This document shows, piece by piece, positions 25,780 to 36,324 of a stretch of DNA of 64,000 bases (positions are counted from its first letter, which is position 1; every line of letters begins with the position of its first letter). The position numbers were made by a program, and so were the translations under genes. The notes below the pieces were generated by a model, which worked only from the letters and a program-made list of their open reading frames with translations, did not search any database and had not been told where the DNA came from. Where the stretch lies: sequence record PQ182779.1, one strand, 5' to 3'.

Positions 25780-28338
25780 GTGCGTGTAATGAATTCCGTA
25801 ACCGAAAGTTTCCTTCTCGATCATGCACGCACGAATTTGTGGTGTGCACCTATTCAGGATCGTCAGGTCATTCTCGATCTGACGCGAATCAGTCGAGACA
25901 GTGGTGCGAAAGTTTCCAGTACCATTCTCTGGGTTGATACCCCATTACCTACCGAAGGCGACGTCTATCATCTCTATCAGATCGGGGCAAACAGTCGTTG
26001 GCGTACAGGTCTCCCTGACGTTCGCGGAAAATGGATGGCGCTGGGACCTTACAGCGAAGCGACTGCGCTGATCATTGACCTCTATCTGGAAACGGGCGTT
26101 AAACTCCCGCTCTTTAGCAGTTACGTTCTTCGTACCTACGACGACAATTTGATCATTGCGATTAAAGAGCACGCTATCTTTGGCGAGTTAAGTGAAAAGA
26201 AAGCGTATCTCAGAATTTACAACAACGCCTTTTTCCGTTCAGAGCGAAGTAATAACATCGGTCAGAAAGTGGCTTATATCGGCAGAGAGATTACTAAGCA
26301 AACTGATATCGCTGCGTTTATTAATGGGTTGCGGCCGCTGCAAACCTTAACCGGTGTAACCAATATTTACCATAATGGCGTGTGGAAGCCGGAAATCAAA
26401 TCGACTGATATTTCCATTGGTGACCTGGTTGAGGCAGTTTACGACGCCGCGGTGAGTCACGTAGTGGACTTCAAAGTCTCGTCGCTGTACGACTATACGT
26501 CGACGTTAGACAATCTGAAGAAGTATCTGCTGCACCCGAGTAAAAATACGCACGATAACGAAATCTATTACGTCGACGATATCGATTTGTTCATGTACAA
26601 AGTCGGCGCGAATGATTCGGTTTCAGGTCGCTATTATCACCGCAATAAAGAGAACAGTCTACGTAACGTAACTCACGCCGATTACAGTATTCCGACGGGT
26701 TATGTTTCGGCTTATCTGAATGATGGCTGGACAACGTACGACAACCTTTATATTCGTCTTCATCTTCGTGAGTCCGGTTTTAAACGCCCTCTCATCGACG
26801 AGGTGAATCGCATTGAAACACTTTACCGTTTAAGCGACACTGACATTCTCAGAGCAATGATTGGACTCGATTCCACGTTGGCTGAGTGGCGTGTAGAGAA
26901 CCTGGAAAACTCTCTTTATACGGCGATCATGCGAAACTTCTGGGGCTCGTTTACAGCGACGGACGTCATCAACGCTTACGGCTACAACGCATTAGCAAAA
27001 CTCTTTGCGTTAAACCCAACGAAAGTGACGCCTTCCTCGAACGGCGGTTTTGTCGATCTACCCTTTGGACTCTCGCTCTGTTCTACGCTCTTTGAGTACG
27101 ACGAAGACGGGGTGTTGTTGGGCTGGAATCAGCACGGTTACTCGGAACGCTACTTCGTGAAGAATGAGCGGGCAGCGCTGGTTGAGGGGTTCATGGGGTG
27201 GGGTAAGAAAGCCATTACCTGGTCGCCCAGTAACAACAACTACACGCTGGACGATAAGTACCAATACTACTTCTTTAAAGCGGCGATCAACAAAGGAGTT
27301 GTTTCCGACGTCTGGGAACCGGCCGTAGAAGGGACGGATTACACGGTCTTAAATAATGTCGTCACGTGGATTCACGTCAAGGCCAGAAACATGGGCCTGA
27401 TCCTCAGTAGCTCTGAGGCGCTTGTATACGATCAGGTTGTAGGGAGTTCGGACGGGATCTTCCGCTTTACACTGACCTACGGTAAGACGCTCGGGACGAT
27501 TCTTCCTATTCGGCCACAACAACTGCGCGTGTGGATGAATGGTCATCCGCTGATTGAAGGGCTCGACTATATCCTGGATGGAAATAAAGGAACGGTCATC
27601 ACCAATCGTTACTACGATGAAACGTTAGGCAATAGTCAAAACTTTACCTTTGCCTGTTTAGGTTGGGAAACACCAAGCGCGAAGTACAAAAGACCGCTGA
27701 ATATCGGATTCGTAGATCACGGTTATGTCAGTGTGAACGGTACGTTTGATATTCGTGACGACAAGGTTATACGTACGATTATTGACGGAAAAGTGGTTGA
27801 CCCTTCAACAGTGCCGTTTATTGAAGACGCTGACGAAAAACAAATCCCGTTACTCCCTAACGGCTTACCTTACTGCGAAGAGACGGTTTTCGTTCCGCTG
27901 TACGGGATATCGACGAATGCGAACGCTGAGTTGATTCAGATGGGTGCAGAGAGCGATAAGCGTGTCAGTGACTACATGACGTTGAAGTACCCGGAGAAGG
28001 TCTTAACCGGCCCTAACCCAATCAGCGAACGTTATCGGATGTTCTCGGTGGTGATCACACGACTGATCTTCGATCTCGATAACGGAACCATCACTGAGCC
28101 GCTGAACATTAATGACAAAGTCTCCCTTGACCGTGTCATGAAGAACTACAGCGAGTACCTCGATATTGACCCGTGCCGAAGCGTCTGGAATACAAACTAC
28201 ATTTTCATTGACGCACACCCGTTTAGCTCCGCCGTCGCGGTAACCACAAAGCGCTGGAAGTTCCTTCAGAACGTCAATCAGTATTACCTGAATAATCGTC
28301 TGTCGCTTAATAACTATTTCTTTATAAAGGAATCCTGA
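25780..28338 (+). CDS. large virion/baseplate protein (phiKZ gp27-like)
   Basis: 852 aa; L..HA...WC.P.QD.Q start; synteny. Confidence 0.7.
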   Translation: MRVMNSVTESFLLDHARTNLWCAPIQDRQVILDLTRISRDSGAKVSSTILWVDTPLPTEGDVYHLYQIGANSRWRTGLPDVRGKWMALGPYSEATALIIDLYLETGVKLPLFSSYVLRTYDDNLIIAIKEHAIFGELSEKKAYLRIYNNAFFRSERSNNIGQKVAYIGREITKQTDIAAFINGLRPLQTLTGVTNIYHNGVWKPEIKSTDISIGDLVEAVYDAAVSHVVDFKVSSLYDYTSTLDNLKKYLLHPSKNTHDNEIYYVDDIDLFMYKVGANDSVSGRYYHRNKENSLRNVTHADYSIPTGYVSAYLNDGWTTYDNLYIRLHLRESGFKRPLIDEVNRIETLYRLSDTDILRAMIGLDSTLAEWRVENLENSLYTAIMRNFWGSFTATDVINAYGYNALAKLFALNPTKVTPSSNGGFVDLPFGLSLCSTLFEYDEDGVLLGWNQHGYSERYFVKNERAALVEGFMGWGKKAITWSPSNNNYTLDDKYQYYFFKAAINKGVVSDVWEPAVEGTDYTVLNNVVTWIHVKARNMGLILSSSEALVYDQVVGSSDGIFRFTLTYGKTLGTILPIRPQQLRVWMNGHPLIEGLDYILDGNKGTVITNRYYDETLGNSQNFTFACLGWETPSAKYKRPLNIGFVDHGYVSVNGTFDIRDDKVIRTIIDGKVVDPSTVPFIEDADEKQIPLLPNGLPYCEETVFVPLYGISTNANAELIQMGAESDKRVSDYMTLKYPEKVLTGPNPISERYRMFSVVITRLIFDLDNGTITEPLNINDKVSLDRVMKNYSEYLDIDPCRSVWNTNYIFIDAHPFSSAVAVTTKRWKFLQNVNQYYLNNRLSLNNYFFIKES

Positions 28339-28339
28339 A

Positions 28340-30049
28340 ATGACCACATCGACCACGAGTAGTGGGGTGCGTTACGCATTAGCGTTAACGGACAGTACGC
28401 CGTCTGACGTCCCCATTTGGAACCCGAATGGATTATGGAAAGAATGGGACATGTCCGAGATCTATGTCGGACCAGCAGGGATTGGTAGCGGTAACAAAGG
28501 CCGGTTTGTGCCGAATGTTGGTAACCGTATCTTCGACAAAACTTCAGGTCTCTATATCGTTACCGAAGTCGATACCTCAACGTTACTTTCTAAGTGGATT
28601 GCGTACAACGTTCCTACTACGATTGATAACTCCATCGATATTTTGCTGGGAGTCGGTAGCCGTTACCCACAACCTGGCTATTTCGTTTATGTCGACAATA
28701 CCGTTTCACCACCGGAGATGGCATTCGACAGTTTAATGAGAGCCTATCAACCTACTGCGACTTACGTGCGAGTTTTCTCTAACATGTCCAGTACTGGTAA
28801 CCTCGAAGTGCTTTCAGCGTATTACAATCAGTCCGGTGAACTCGAAAGCGATAAAATCCCTCTGATGACAATCGAAGGGGATGGAACTGGTAATTACCGT
28901 ATTCCCGTGACTGCCAACGCTACGCGTAAAATCACCAACGGTGAGACAGTCCTGGTGGTGTTCTACGACGCTGCGGGGTTACCGACGTCCCGTTTCACAA
29001 TGACCGTTGTTGACTCTGGTATTATTCGTCAATCGAATTCAGCGAAACGTTCTATTGACTCGGTCGCCTTGGTCAGCAGTTACCTGTCGGCAACCGACCC
29101 TAACCGCCTGAATGTTCCGGTCAATCTTCTGATGACCTCCATCGATGTCAGCGCGAAGGTAACGTACACTGATGGCAGCTCGGTCATTAAACCGGTGGAC
29201 GGCAGTAAGATCTACCTGTCTGGTTTAGCGGAGTTTATCCCGACGCAATCGGGTCAAAACAGCCCACTGACGCTTTTCTATCAGCTCGACACGACAGAGA
29301 GCTTTAAAGGGACAACGACAGCTTCTGGAACGATCACGGTTCCCTATACGATCGAAACTGTAACTTTACCGAATGCCTATGCGGTTAAACTCTTCATGTT
29401 CCCGGAATGGCAGCGGAACGGTAACGGGTTTAAGCTCCGTCACTTTATGTATTCGCTCGATCGTCTGGCGATGTACGAAGTGACTGATATCATCGAAGCG
29501 TCGCCGGGTTCGGCGGTTTGGGACCCTACGCTTTACAACACCAAACAGCACATGATCTTTGCGCTTGATATTTCCAAAGTCTCTGCTTCGTTTGGCTCCT
29601 ATCGACATGTACAGAGCAACGACATCACCCTGATGGCCAATGGTGAATCGGGCGTTGATAGTCCGTGGTACGTCAACTACGAACTGGGTGACGAAGACTA
29701 CGGCGGATCGTTAGAATGTCGTCTGAAATACATTTCGTCTCAGGTTTGGTCGACTGACCTTACCATGGGAGCCCAGACACAGAACGAATGGCTGGATCGG
29801 TTATATTACCGTCTTCACCCGTTGTTTGACACTGAGACAGAAACGGAAGCGCCGATGCCGACGCACTTCATTCTTCAGGTGGATAACATTCGAGTCAGAC
29901 AACCGATCTCTGCCTGGAACACGACGTTTACCATTGCAACCGGTGGGCACGTAGGTGAATTGGCGCTTGTTCATTGGGTACGTTCAGTGAACGGGGTGGA
30001 TTTACAACTTGCGTCTTCCGGTTTGATCATACGTCAAACACTGAGTTAA
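28340..30049 (+). CDS. virion/baseplate protein (phiKZ gp26-like)
   Basis: 569 aa; W...EIY.G..G.G.FVPNV.D start; synteny. Confidence 0.7.
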   Translation: MTTSTTSSGVRYALALTDSTPSDVPIWNPNGLWKEWDMSEIYVGPAGIGSGNKGRFVPNVGNRIFDKTSGLYIVTEVDTSTLLSKWIAYNVPTTIDNSIDILLGVGSRYPQPGYFVYVDNTVSPPEMAFDSLMRAYQPTATYVRVFSNMSSTGNLEVLSAYYNQSGELESDKIPLMTIEGDGTGNYRIPVTANATRKITNGETVLVVFYDAAGLPTSRFTMTVVDSGIIRQSNSAKRSIDSVALVSSYLSATDPNRLNVPVNLLMTSIDVSAKVTYTDGSSVIKPVDGSKIYLSGLAEFIPTQSGQNSPLTLFYQLDTTESFKGTTTASGTITVPYTIETVTLPNAYAVKLFMFPEWQRNGNGFKLRHFMYSLDRLAMYEVTDIIEASPGSAVWDPTLYNTKQHMIFALDISKVSASFGSYRHVQSNDITLMANGESGVDSPWYVNYELGDEDYGGSLECRLKYISSQVWSTDLTMGAQTQNEWLDRLYYRLHPLFDTETETEAPMPTHFILQVDNIRVRQPISAWNTTFTIATGGHVGELALVHWVRSVNGVDLQLASSGLIIRQTLS

Positions 30050-30140
30050 AAACACAAACCCTTGGTACAGGAGGCTTAATGGCCTCCTGTACCGCTATAT
30101 TCCCTATGATATTGTCTTTTCGTTGTCAGAGGGAAACTCT

Positions 30141-32315
30141 ATGACCTCCTCCATTATTCTAGAGAATGACTCGCGTCCTATTCTCCACCTTAGCGATTGG
30201 GATTATCATCCCTCTGCTATCCCGGATTGGGATACGCCAAACAAAGAATTCCTACGTTTTGTCGGTGTCTTACAAAACATGGGAATTAAAAACCACCACT
30301 GGCCGATTGCACTTTTAAACCCAGACCTTGTCGGTGTCGATCCTTTCAGTCCCGATCTGACTGAAGAACAGATGATCGCAATTAAGATCGAAGCGGAATA
30401 TAACATCTGGTATTATCTCAGAGAGTGTCTTCGCGTTCCGCCGGTTGTCGGTGAAGAAGGTGATCTTTTAAGAGCAAACCGCGCGAACATGTCTTTGATC
30501 TGGTCGTACATGAACCATATCGATTACCTGTTGATACAACCCCGTCAGACTGGTAAGTCACTTATCTCTTATTGTCTTTACTCCTGGCTGCTGTATATGC
30601 GATATACAAAGGCCCGTATCTCACTCGTGACCAAATCAGACGAATTACGTTCTGAAACAACCACAATGATACGTCGTATCCGTGAATACTTGCCACCTTA
30701 TCTGACAGTAACAGACCGTTCAGACACGATTGCTAACGAGAAGGTGACCTATAACACCCGTGGTAACTTGTTTGCGGTAGCAGTATCTCGTTCTGACCCA
30801 GGTGGTGCGAATAAAGTTGGCCGTGGTAACACCTCGCCTACGGTAGGCTGGGATGAAACCCCCTTCATCAACTATATCGAAATTGCGTTTAAAGCAGCAA
30901 TGCCCGGTATGAACGCCGCGATTCAAAAAGCGAAAGCGAGAAACATGCCCTGGGGCAGTATCATGACCACTACCGCGGGTGACCAAACGTCTCGCGATGG
31001 TCGCTTTGTTTTCAAAATGTGGAACGAAGCTGCTCGGTGGTCTGAGCACTTTTACGACGCAGGGAGTCAAGAAGAACTTCGTGAGATCGTTCAGCGCAAT
31101 CTGAAATCCTCTGATGCGAAACTCTTAATCAACGGAACGTGGAGTCACAACCAGGTTGGGGTCTCTGACGAACAGCATTACGAGAACATGCGTCGTGCTA
31201 TGGCACGTGGTCCAGAAGCAGACCGTGACTTCTTTAACATCTGGACCGCAGCAGGGACGAACAACCCGATTGATAAAGAGCTGTTAGCGAAAGCCATTGC
31301 CTCACAGCGTTATTCCGATTATTCTGAAATCTTCAGGAACGGTTACATTGTCCACTGGTATGTCTCCAAAGAATATCTGGATGCAAATCGTAAGACGATG
31401 ACCTTTGTCATTGGGGCCGATACCTCAGAAGGCGGTGGACGAGATGCGCTGTCGTTGGTGTTCCTTGATCCTTATACTGCGGACGTTATCGGGATTTCAG
31501 TAATCAACGAAGCACTGATTCCTAAATACGCTGAGTTCTTAGGTGATCTGTTAATTTCTTATCCTAAGGCTGTCTTCATCCCGGAACGTAAATCCACCGG
31601 ACAAACGTTTATTGATTACCTCTGTCTGATATTGCACAGCAAGGGAATTGATCCGTTCAAACGAATCTTTAACTTAATTGTCGATAATAAGTCAGTGGAC
31701 ACCGCGGCGTTCCTTGAGCTACAGGGTGACATGAACCGTCGTGATGACGCATTCTATATTCGCCGTAAAACGAAGTTTGGTTTCTGCACGGGAACCACCA
31801 CCCGACGTCAGCTTTACGAAACCGTTCTGAAGATCGCCATGCAGAAAGGGGCTACACGACTTCATGATAAAATTCTCATTGCGGAATTGACCGGGTTGGT
31901 CGAGAAGAACGGAAGAATTGACCATCCACCGGGTGGACATGACGATACCGTTATCGCCTACCTTCTGACCGTCTATCTGTTATTGTACGGATCGAACTTA
32001 GACTATTACGGGTTAGATTCCAGAAGGGTATTGACGGGGGCAGTAGATGCGTTGGCAGGGAATGCGCAGGAAATTGACGAGCAGCAGGAAGAGATTGATT
32101 TCCTCCATCGTGAAATTGAAAAGACATTGTCAGCCATCGAAAATGCCGATAATCCAATTATCACTATGAAGCTTGAGCGACGTCTCAATTACCTTAACGA
32201 GTGTTTACAAGAGGCGGGTGCGGAACCGATTAACGTCGCAGGTAAGATCGAGGAGATGAACGCTAATCGTCACGCTGACTTCCAAAAATACATGGGGACG
32301 AATTTCTATAGGTAA
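30141..32315 (+). CDS. terL: terminase large subunit
   Basis: Walker A QPRQTGKS, Walker B WDE, TTTAG coupling motif, nuclease GADTSEGGGRD and HDD.VIA. Confidence 0.93.
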   Translation: MTSSIILENDSRPILHLSDWDYHPSAIPDWDTPNKEFLRFVGVLQNMGIKNHHWPIALLNPDLVGVDPFSPDLTEEQMIAIKIEAEYNIWYYLRECLRVPPVVGEEGDLLRANRANMSLIWSYMNHIDYLLIQPRQTGKSLISYCLYSWLLYMRYTKARISLVTKSDELRSETTTMIRRIREYLPPYLTVTDRSDTIANEKVTYNTRGNLFAVAVSRSDPGGANKVGRGNTSPTVGWDETPFINYIEIAFKAAMPGMNAAIQKAKARNMPWGSIMTTTAGDQTSRDGRFVFKMWNEAARWSEHFYDAGSQEELREIVQRNLKSSDAKLLINGTWSHNQVGVSDEQHYENMRRAMARGPEADRDFFNIWTAAGTNNPIDKELLAKAIASQRYSDYSEIFRNGYIVHWYVSKEYLDANRKTMTFVIGADTSEGGGRDALSLVFLDPYTADVIGISVINEALIPKYAEFLGDLLISYPKAVFIPERKSTGQTFIDYLCLILHSKGIDPFKRIFNLIVDNKSVDTAAFLELQGDMNRRDDAFYIRRKTKFGFCTGTTTRRQLYETVLKIAMQKGATRLHDKILIAELTGLVEKNGRIDHPPGGHDDTVIAYLLTVYLLLYGSNLDYYGLDSRRVLTGAVDALAGNAQEIDEQQEEIDFLHREIEKTLSAIENADNPIITMKLERRLNYLNECLQEAGAEPINVAGKIEEMNANRHADFQKYMGTNFYR

Positions 32316-32333
32316 TCGAAAACAATAGACGAA

Positions 32334-32349
32334 TATATCACTCTATTGA
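32334..32349 (+). promoter_or_regulatory. phage early promoter motif
   Basis: TATATCAC-TCTA-TTGA. Confidence 0.7.
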
Positions 32350-32417
32350 AATACGCAACAGAATGTCGGCGTTATTGCTGACATTCTTTTTATTATCCAC
32401 ACTAAAAGGAGAACGAC

Positions 32418-33464
32418 ATGGCAACGATAGAAACGTTTGTTTACAGTACCGTTTACGATAAGAAAACAGGGACTGATTTTCACTACGAAGGGGTTTTGGA
32501 GATCAGTAAAAAGGATCGTCTTTTTGGTTATCGTAACGAAAATGGATTTATCTTTACGGACAAGGACGACAATATTGTTTTACGGTTTAGCACTAACCCT
32601 ACCTTAGAAATGAAACACCTTGTCTTCGTTACCGAAGGCGGCGATACTACGCGGTATCATTTCACTCAGGAAACGAAAAGCCCGTTTAGTTTCCTGGCGA
32701 TCCAACACGCTTTCCAAGGGTTTATTGGTCAGAAAGCGCGAGCACGGTTTATGCTCAACTGTCGTTTTAAAATTCATGTCATGCAGCGGACATTGTTGAT
32801 GAATGGTCGCCCGATCGCAGTCGGAACTATGGCCGACGACAAGAGTACGTGGACCGGTGACTTTTACGGCCGTACCTGGCAGAAACAACTGGGTGAAGAT
32901 TTTATCCTGTACATGCGGGAACACTTCGAATTAAGCTGGGCGCACAAAGTGGTTTGTCAACGCCGCGGTGAATACCAGTTTCTCCCGAACGTTGCCCTGT
33001 TCTTTGACAGCACAACTGACCTTGTTCTAAAGCTCATTAATCGATCCAACGATAAAGACACCTGTGAAGGCTTCTACGTAGGGTCAATACTCGGTAAGGG
33101 GTTTGGTTACCATATCGACGGAAACGTCGAGAAAATCCCGCTGATTGATTCTTACATGCGAAAAGCAGTGGAAGATATCATCGGTTCACCGTTGAGCGAA
33201 GAAGAGTTTAAAACCGATCGCTTTATCACGGACGTCGAATACCGGGAAGATCAGGGGCGTTGGGTATTAACTTCCAGCGTAGGTGATATTGCCTATATGG
33301 TGAAAGGCCCACGACCCGAGAACACCTGTGCGGTACGCAAACACGTCACCTGGAACTACAACGTCTTTGGACAGAGTATCGCTTCCATTCCGCTTCTGGA
33401 GAATCTTCTGATCGACGCGTTCTATCGTGGTTATTGCCGACTGGCGAAACAAATCGGGTTATAA
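32418..33464 (+). CDS. hypothetical early protein, beta-rich
   Basis: SD AAGGAG; 348 aa monocistronic unit. Confidence 0.8.
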   Translation: MATIETFVYSTVYDKKTGTDFHYEGVLEISKKDRLFGYRNENGFIFTDKDDNIVLRFSTNPTLEMKHLVFVTEGGDTTRYHFTQETKSPFSFLAIQHAFQGFIGQKARARFMLNCRFKIHVMQRTLLMNGRPIAVGTMADDKSTWTGDFYGRTWQKQLGEDFILYMREHFELSWAHKVVCQRRGEYQFLPNVALFFDSTTDLVLKLINRSNDKDTCEGFYVGSILGKGFGYHIDGNVEKIPLIDSYMRKAVEDIIGSPLSEEEFKTDRFITDVEYREDQGRWVLTSSVGDIAYMVKGPRPENTCAVRKHVTWNYNVFGQSIASIPLLENLLIDAFYRGYCRLAKQIGL

Positions 33465-33473
33465 CGAAAATAT

Positions 33474-33505
33474 AAAAAGAGAGGGTTACCCCTCTCTTTT
33501 TTTTT
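33474..33505. terminator. bidirectional intrinsic terminator
   Basis: A-run + GAGAGGG/CCCTCTC + T-run. Confidence 0.8.
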
Positions 33506-33508
33506 GGT

Positions 33509-34795
33509 TTAATTTTGGTAGTAGTTCATTGTCAGGGTACGCAGAATCAAATACAGAATAAACGATGTTCGTTCCGCAGAGACTGGCGTAGGTTCGCGTT
33601 TACCGGTGGCTGCACGCACAATCTTATCGCCTTCGGTTCTGAGGTACATGACCTCCGGTTCTTTGTTACGGGAGGCGTTCAATACCGCTTTGATGCTGCC
33701 GATTAACTCGACGAGGTTGCGTGGGTTGATTCCCTTACCGTGAATAAAGTCGAAAGTATATTCGAGCGTTCTTTCCGTAAACTCAACCAATTGACGCGTT
33801 TCTTTACTCTGCTTAACTTCTTTCCCACGGTTGGTGTTAAATAACGTTTCCGGGTTAATGACATGCAAGCTGGTATATTGCAACGTGGCAATTAACGCTT
33901 TTTTCTGCGAAGGGGCATTCTTTGTCAGAATATCCACTAACTCCAAACGTATAAAACTAGCCGGGTCAGTCATTTGTTCAAAGAGGTAACGGCGGTATTT
34001 CGGGAAGGCACGTTTAACGTCTCGCAGCTCGAGGTTACCCTCGACCTCAACCATACTGGAGACCGAGATAACTCGACCATCGTTTTCTCTGACCTGGTAA
34101 TAGAGCGCCGTTAACGTTTTGATCACGGTTCGAATACGGGTCTGGATATCCGAGAGCATGTACTTGACAGCGTCGTCATCAGTGAAGGTCTGGATCGTTT
34201 TCGCGTGGATACCGTGGGGTTCAATAATTGACTGTGCGCGGGCCGTAATGAGTTTACCCCAAGTCTTGTAGATCTTGAGGTCGAAGCGGTTAGTCATGGC
34301 CTCATACGTTCGCAGTGCGATCTGTACGTCTGTCCCGTGCGGGAAGTACCGGGTGATGATCCCACAAATGAATTTAAAGTGGAGAATTCTTAACAGGTTA
34401 ATCGCGGTTTCTTTTCGTTGCACCGCCGAGAGTTTACCGCTGGTCATCGCACGATGGACGCAGTAGACGATCATCAAGTTAAAGGCGTCCGTAGTCACGA
34501 TATGACTTGGATCGATGCAATCCAGTTCGTCGATGTCAGCTTTCAGGTCATCGGGGTCGATTTTTAAAATGTCATCAAAGAACCCGTTGGTTTCAGTGTT
34601 TGTCCAACGAATCCTAACAGTACCGAGTAGACCGCTACCAAAGAAGTTTGCATGTTCGCCTTTGTTTTCGAAGGTCTTCGTGAAAACAGCGACATCCCTG
34701 GCAAAGCGACTATCGTAAACGACGTTCTTAAAACGATCGTCAAAAAGGTTTTTGATTTCCACAACAGTGTCCTTCAAAATTAGAATGGGTAACAT
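33509..34795 (-). CDS. conserved phiKZ-like core virion protein (gp32-like)
   Basis: 428 aa; FFG..LLG...RW, D..K.DI..L..I.....V..D.FNL, K.F.LK....W motifs; position near the terminase. Confidence 0.55.
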   Translation of the reverse strand: MLPILILKDTVVEIKNLFDDRFKNVVYDSRFARDVAVFTKTFENKGEHANFFGSGLLGTVRIRWTNTETNGFFDDILKIDPDDLKADIDELDCIDPSHIVTTDAFNLMIVYCVHRAMTSGKLSAVQRKETAINLLRILHFKFICGIITRYFPHGTDVQIALRTYEAMTNRFDLKIYKTWGKLITARAQSIIEPHGIHAKTIQTFTDDDAVKYMLSDIQTRIRTVIKTLTALYYQVRENDGRVISVSSMVEVEGNLELRDVKRAFPKYRRYLFEQMTDPASFIRLELVDILTKNAPSQKKALIATLQYTSLHVINPETLFNTNRGKEVKQSKETRQLVEFTERTLEYTFDFIHGKGINPRNLVELIGSIKAVLNASRNKEPEVMYLRTEGDKIVRAATGKREPTPVSAERTSFILYLILRTLTMNYYQN

Positions 34796-34814
34796 AAAAA
34801 CTTTCTAAGAGAAT

Positions 34815-34888
34815 GAAATGCAGTTTTTTTGATGTATATATAGCCAAGGTGAAGAAGGAAAGGTAAAGACCTTTCTGAATAACTAAAC
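34815..34888 (+). repeat. second copy of the about 75-bp promoter/leader module
   Basis: Near-identical to 13859-13933. Confidence 0.85.
34837..34852 (+). promoter_or_regulatory. phage early promoter motif
   Basis: TATATAGC-CAAG-GTGA. Confidence 0.75.
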
Positions 34889-34903
34889 TTAGAGGAAAGA
34901 GAA

Positions 34904-35563
34904 ATGGCTAATTTAGAAACTATCGTACAACTGGCCAAAGATATTTTATCATGGTTCGATACTGTAAAAGATACTGAGATTTCCCAGAAGAAAATTGCTT
35001 ACCTATTATCACATAACGCTGAAGCGTTCTACGACATGTCATTACCTGAACTATTCGTTAGAAGTGAAAAAGTGAGAGGGATGCAATTGTCTTTAATGAC
35101 TGCACGACATTGTATTCACGATACGACCCCAGCTGGAGAAGTCCGGGCAGTAATTGCAACTTCTTCAATCATTGACGGGTTGAAAGAAATTGTTGTGCTT
35201 TCAGAAGAACCGTACGAAACAGTTCAATTCCTTGATAGCCCCCAGTTAGACATCTATGGCTCTCCTGATAACTCTAAAGTTATTGTTTTTGAGGACAAAG
35301 ACAATATCGGCCATTACGATCATTCTCAGCGGGAGGCTTTGCTGAATAATTTATTAAATTCAGATGCCCGTATCACGATGATCCCTCATCTCCCTCTTAT
35401 TAATCTTCATGCAAATAAAGGGCCAGCGGTGCCTGGTTTTGCAGACTTCGATGGTGATGTATTAAAAGCGTACCATCTCACGATGACCTGTCCAATTAAG
35501 CGCGGTCCGGGTAAAGGTCGTACGCGTGTTGTAAGTCGCTTCATTTCCGTTTTCAACCAATAG
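34904..35563 (+). CDS. miniature RNA polymerase beta'-like protein retaining ADFDGD
   Basis: Collinear motifs RAVI, GHYD....LLN.LL and FADFDGD match RGVV, GQYD....LLN.LI and NCDFDGD of the nvRNAP subunit at 55422-56876. Confidence 0.6.
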   Translation: MANLETIVQLAKDILSWFDTVKDTEISQKKIAYLLSHNAEAFYDMSLPELFVRSEKVRGMQLSLMTARHCIHDTTPAGEVRAVIATSSIIDGLKEIVVLSEEPYETVQFLDSPQLDIYGSPDNSKVIVFEDKDNIGHYDHSQREALLNNLLNSDARITMIPHLPLINLHANKGPAVPGFADFDGDVLKAYHLTMTCPIKRGPGKGRTRVVSRFISVFNQ

Positions 35564-35572
35564 AGGTTAAAC

Positions 35573-35893
35573 ATGCGCTTTTCAAAAATGAACTCCGTGG
35601 TCTTTCTCGAGAACGATATCGAATCAAACGACGTCCGCAGTATCGAGCTGATTTTTTCCCACGATGACGCCAACGCGCTGGGCGATCGCCTTCTCCTGCC
35701 CGGGGATTCGTACAACACCGTTGTATTAGTTCGTAAAGCAGACCATAGCGTCTACGAGGCGGCATTGAAGATACTGCAAACCTACGACGACTACATCTTC
35801 ACGCTGACCAATCATTACGTCGAACCCGCGAGCATCGTTTGCTTCACTATCGATGCGGGCGTCTTCAAACGGTTAGTTAAAAACATTTCCTAA
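35573..35893 (+). CDS. hypothetical protein
   Basis: SD GAGG; co-transcribed with the mini-beta' gene. Confidence 0.7.
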   Translation: MRFSKMNSVVFLENDIESNDVRSIELIFSHDDANALGDRLLLPGDSYNTVVLVRKADHSVYEAALKILQTYDDYIFTLTNHYVEPASIVCFTIDAGVFKRLVKNIS

Positions 35894-35934
35894 GACATTC
35901 TTTTACCTCAACAATTCTACCGGAGTATCCAAAA

Positions 35935-36324
35935 ATGATCACTTTCACTGATAAACAAACCCTCGCTATCACCGCTGCTCGCATCGCCGGTTTACTGAGA
36001 GCGCTTTACCACGAAACTGAATTCGTCGATACTCCGGCACAGATTCTTTTCGAAACCGAATACTACCCGCTTTATGCGCAGCTGCAAGACATTGCCTTCG
36101 ACCGTAAAGGTGATATCAAATGGCTGTTACTGAACGCCATTGAAAACACCAACGATAAATACCGTGACATCGAATGTTACAAAACCGATCTGGGCTTTGG
36201 TATTCAGATTCGTAAAAACGTTCGCATCGAAGTTGCTTCTCGTCGGGAAGCATTGCGCCCAGGGAAAGAAGTTGCTTTCGATTTCCCTTCAGAAATTCGT
36301 ATCAAAATGGCTGAAGCCGCTTAA
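35935..36324 (+). CDS. hypothetical protein
   Basis: SD GGAG; 129 aa. Confidence 0.7.
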   Translation: MITFTDKQTLAITAARIAGLLRALYHETEFVDTPAQILFETEYYPLYAQLQDIAFDRKGDIKWLLLNAIENTNDKYRDIECYKTDLGFGIQIRKNVRIEVASRREALRPGKEVAFDFPSEIRIKMAEAA

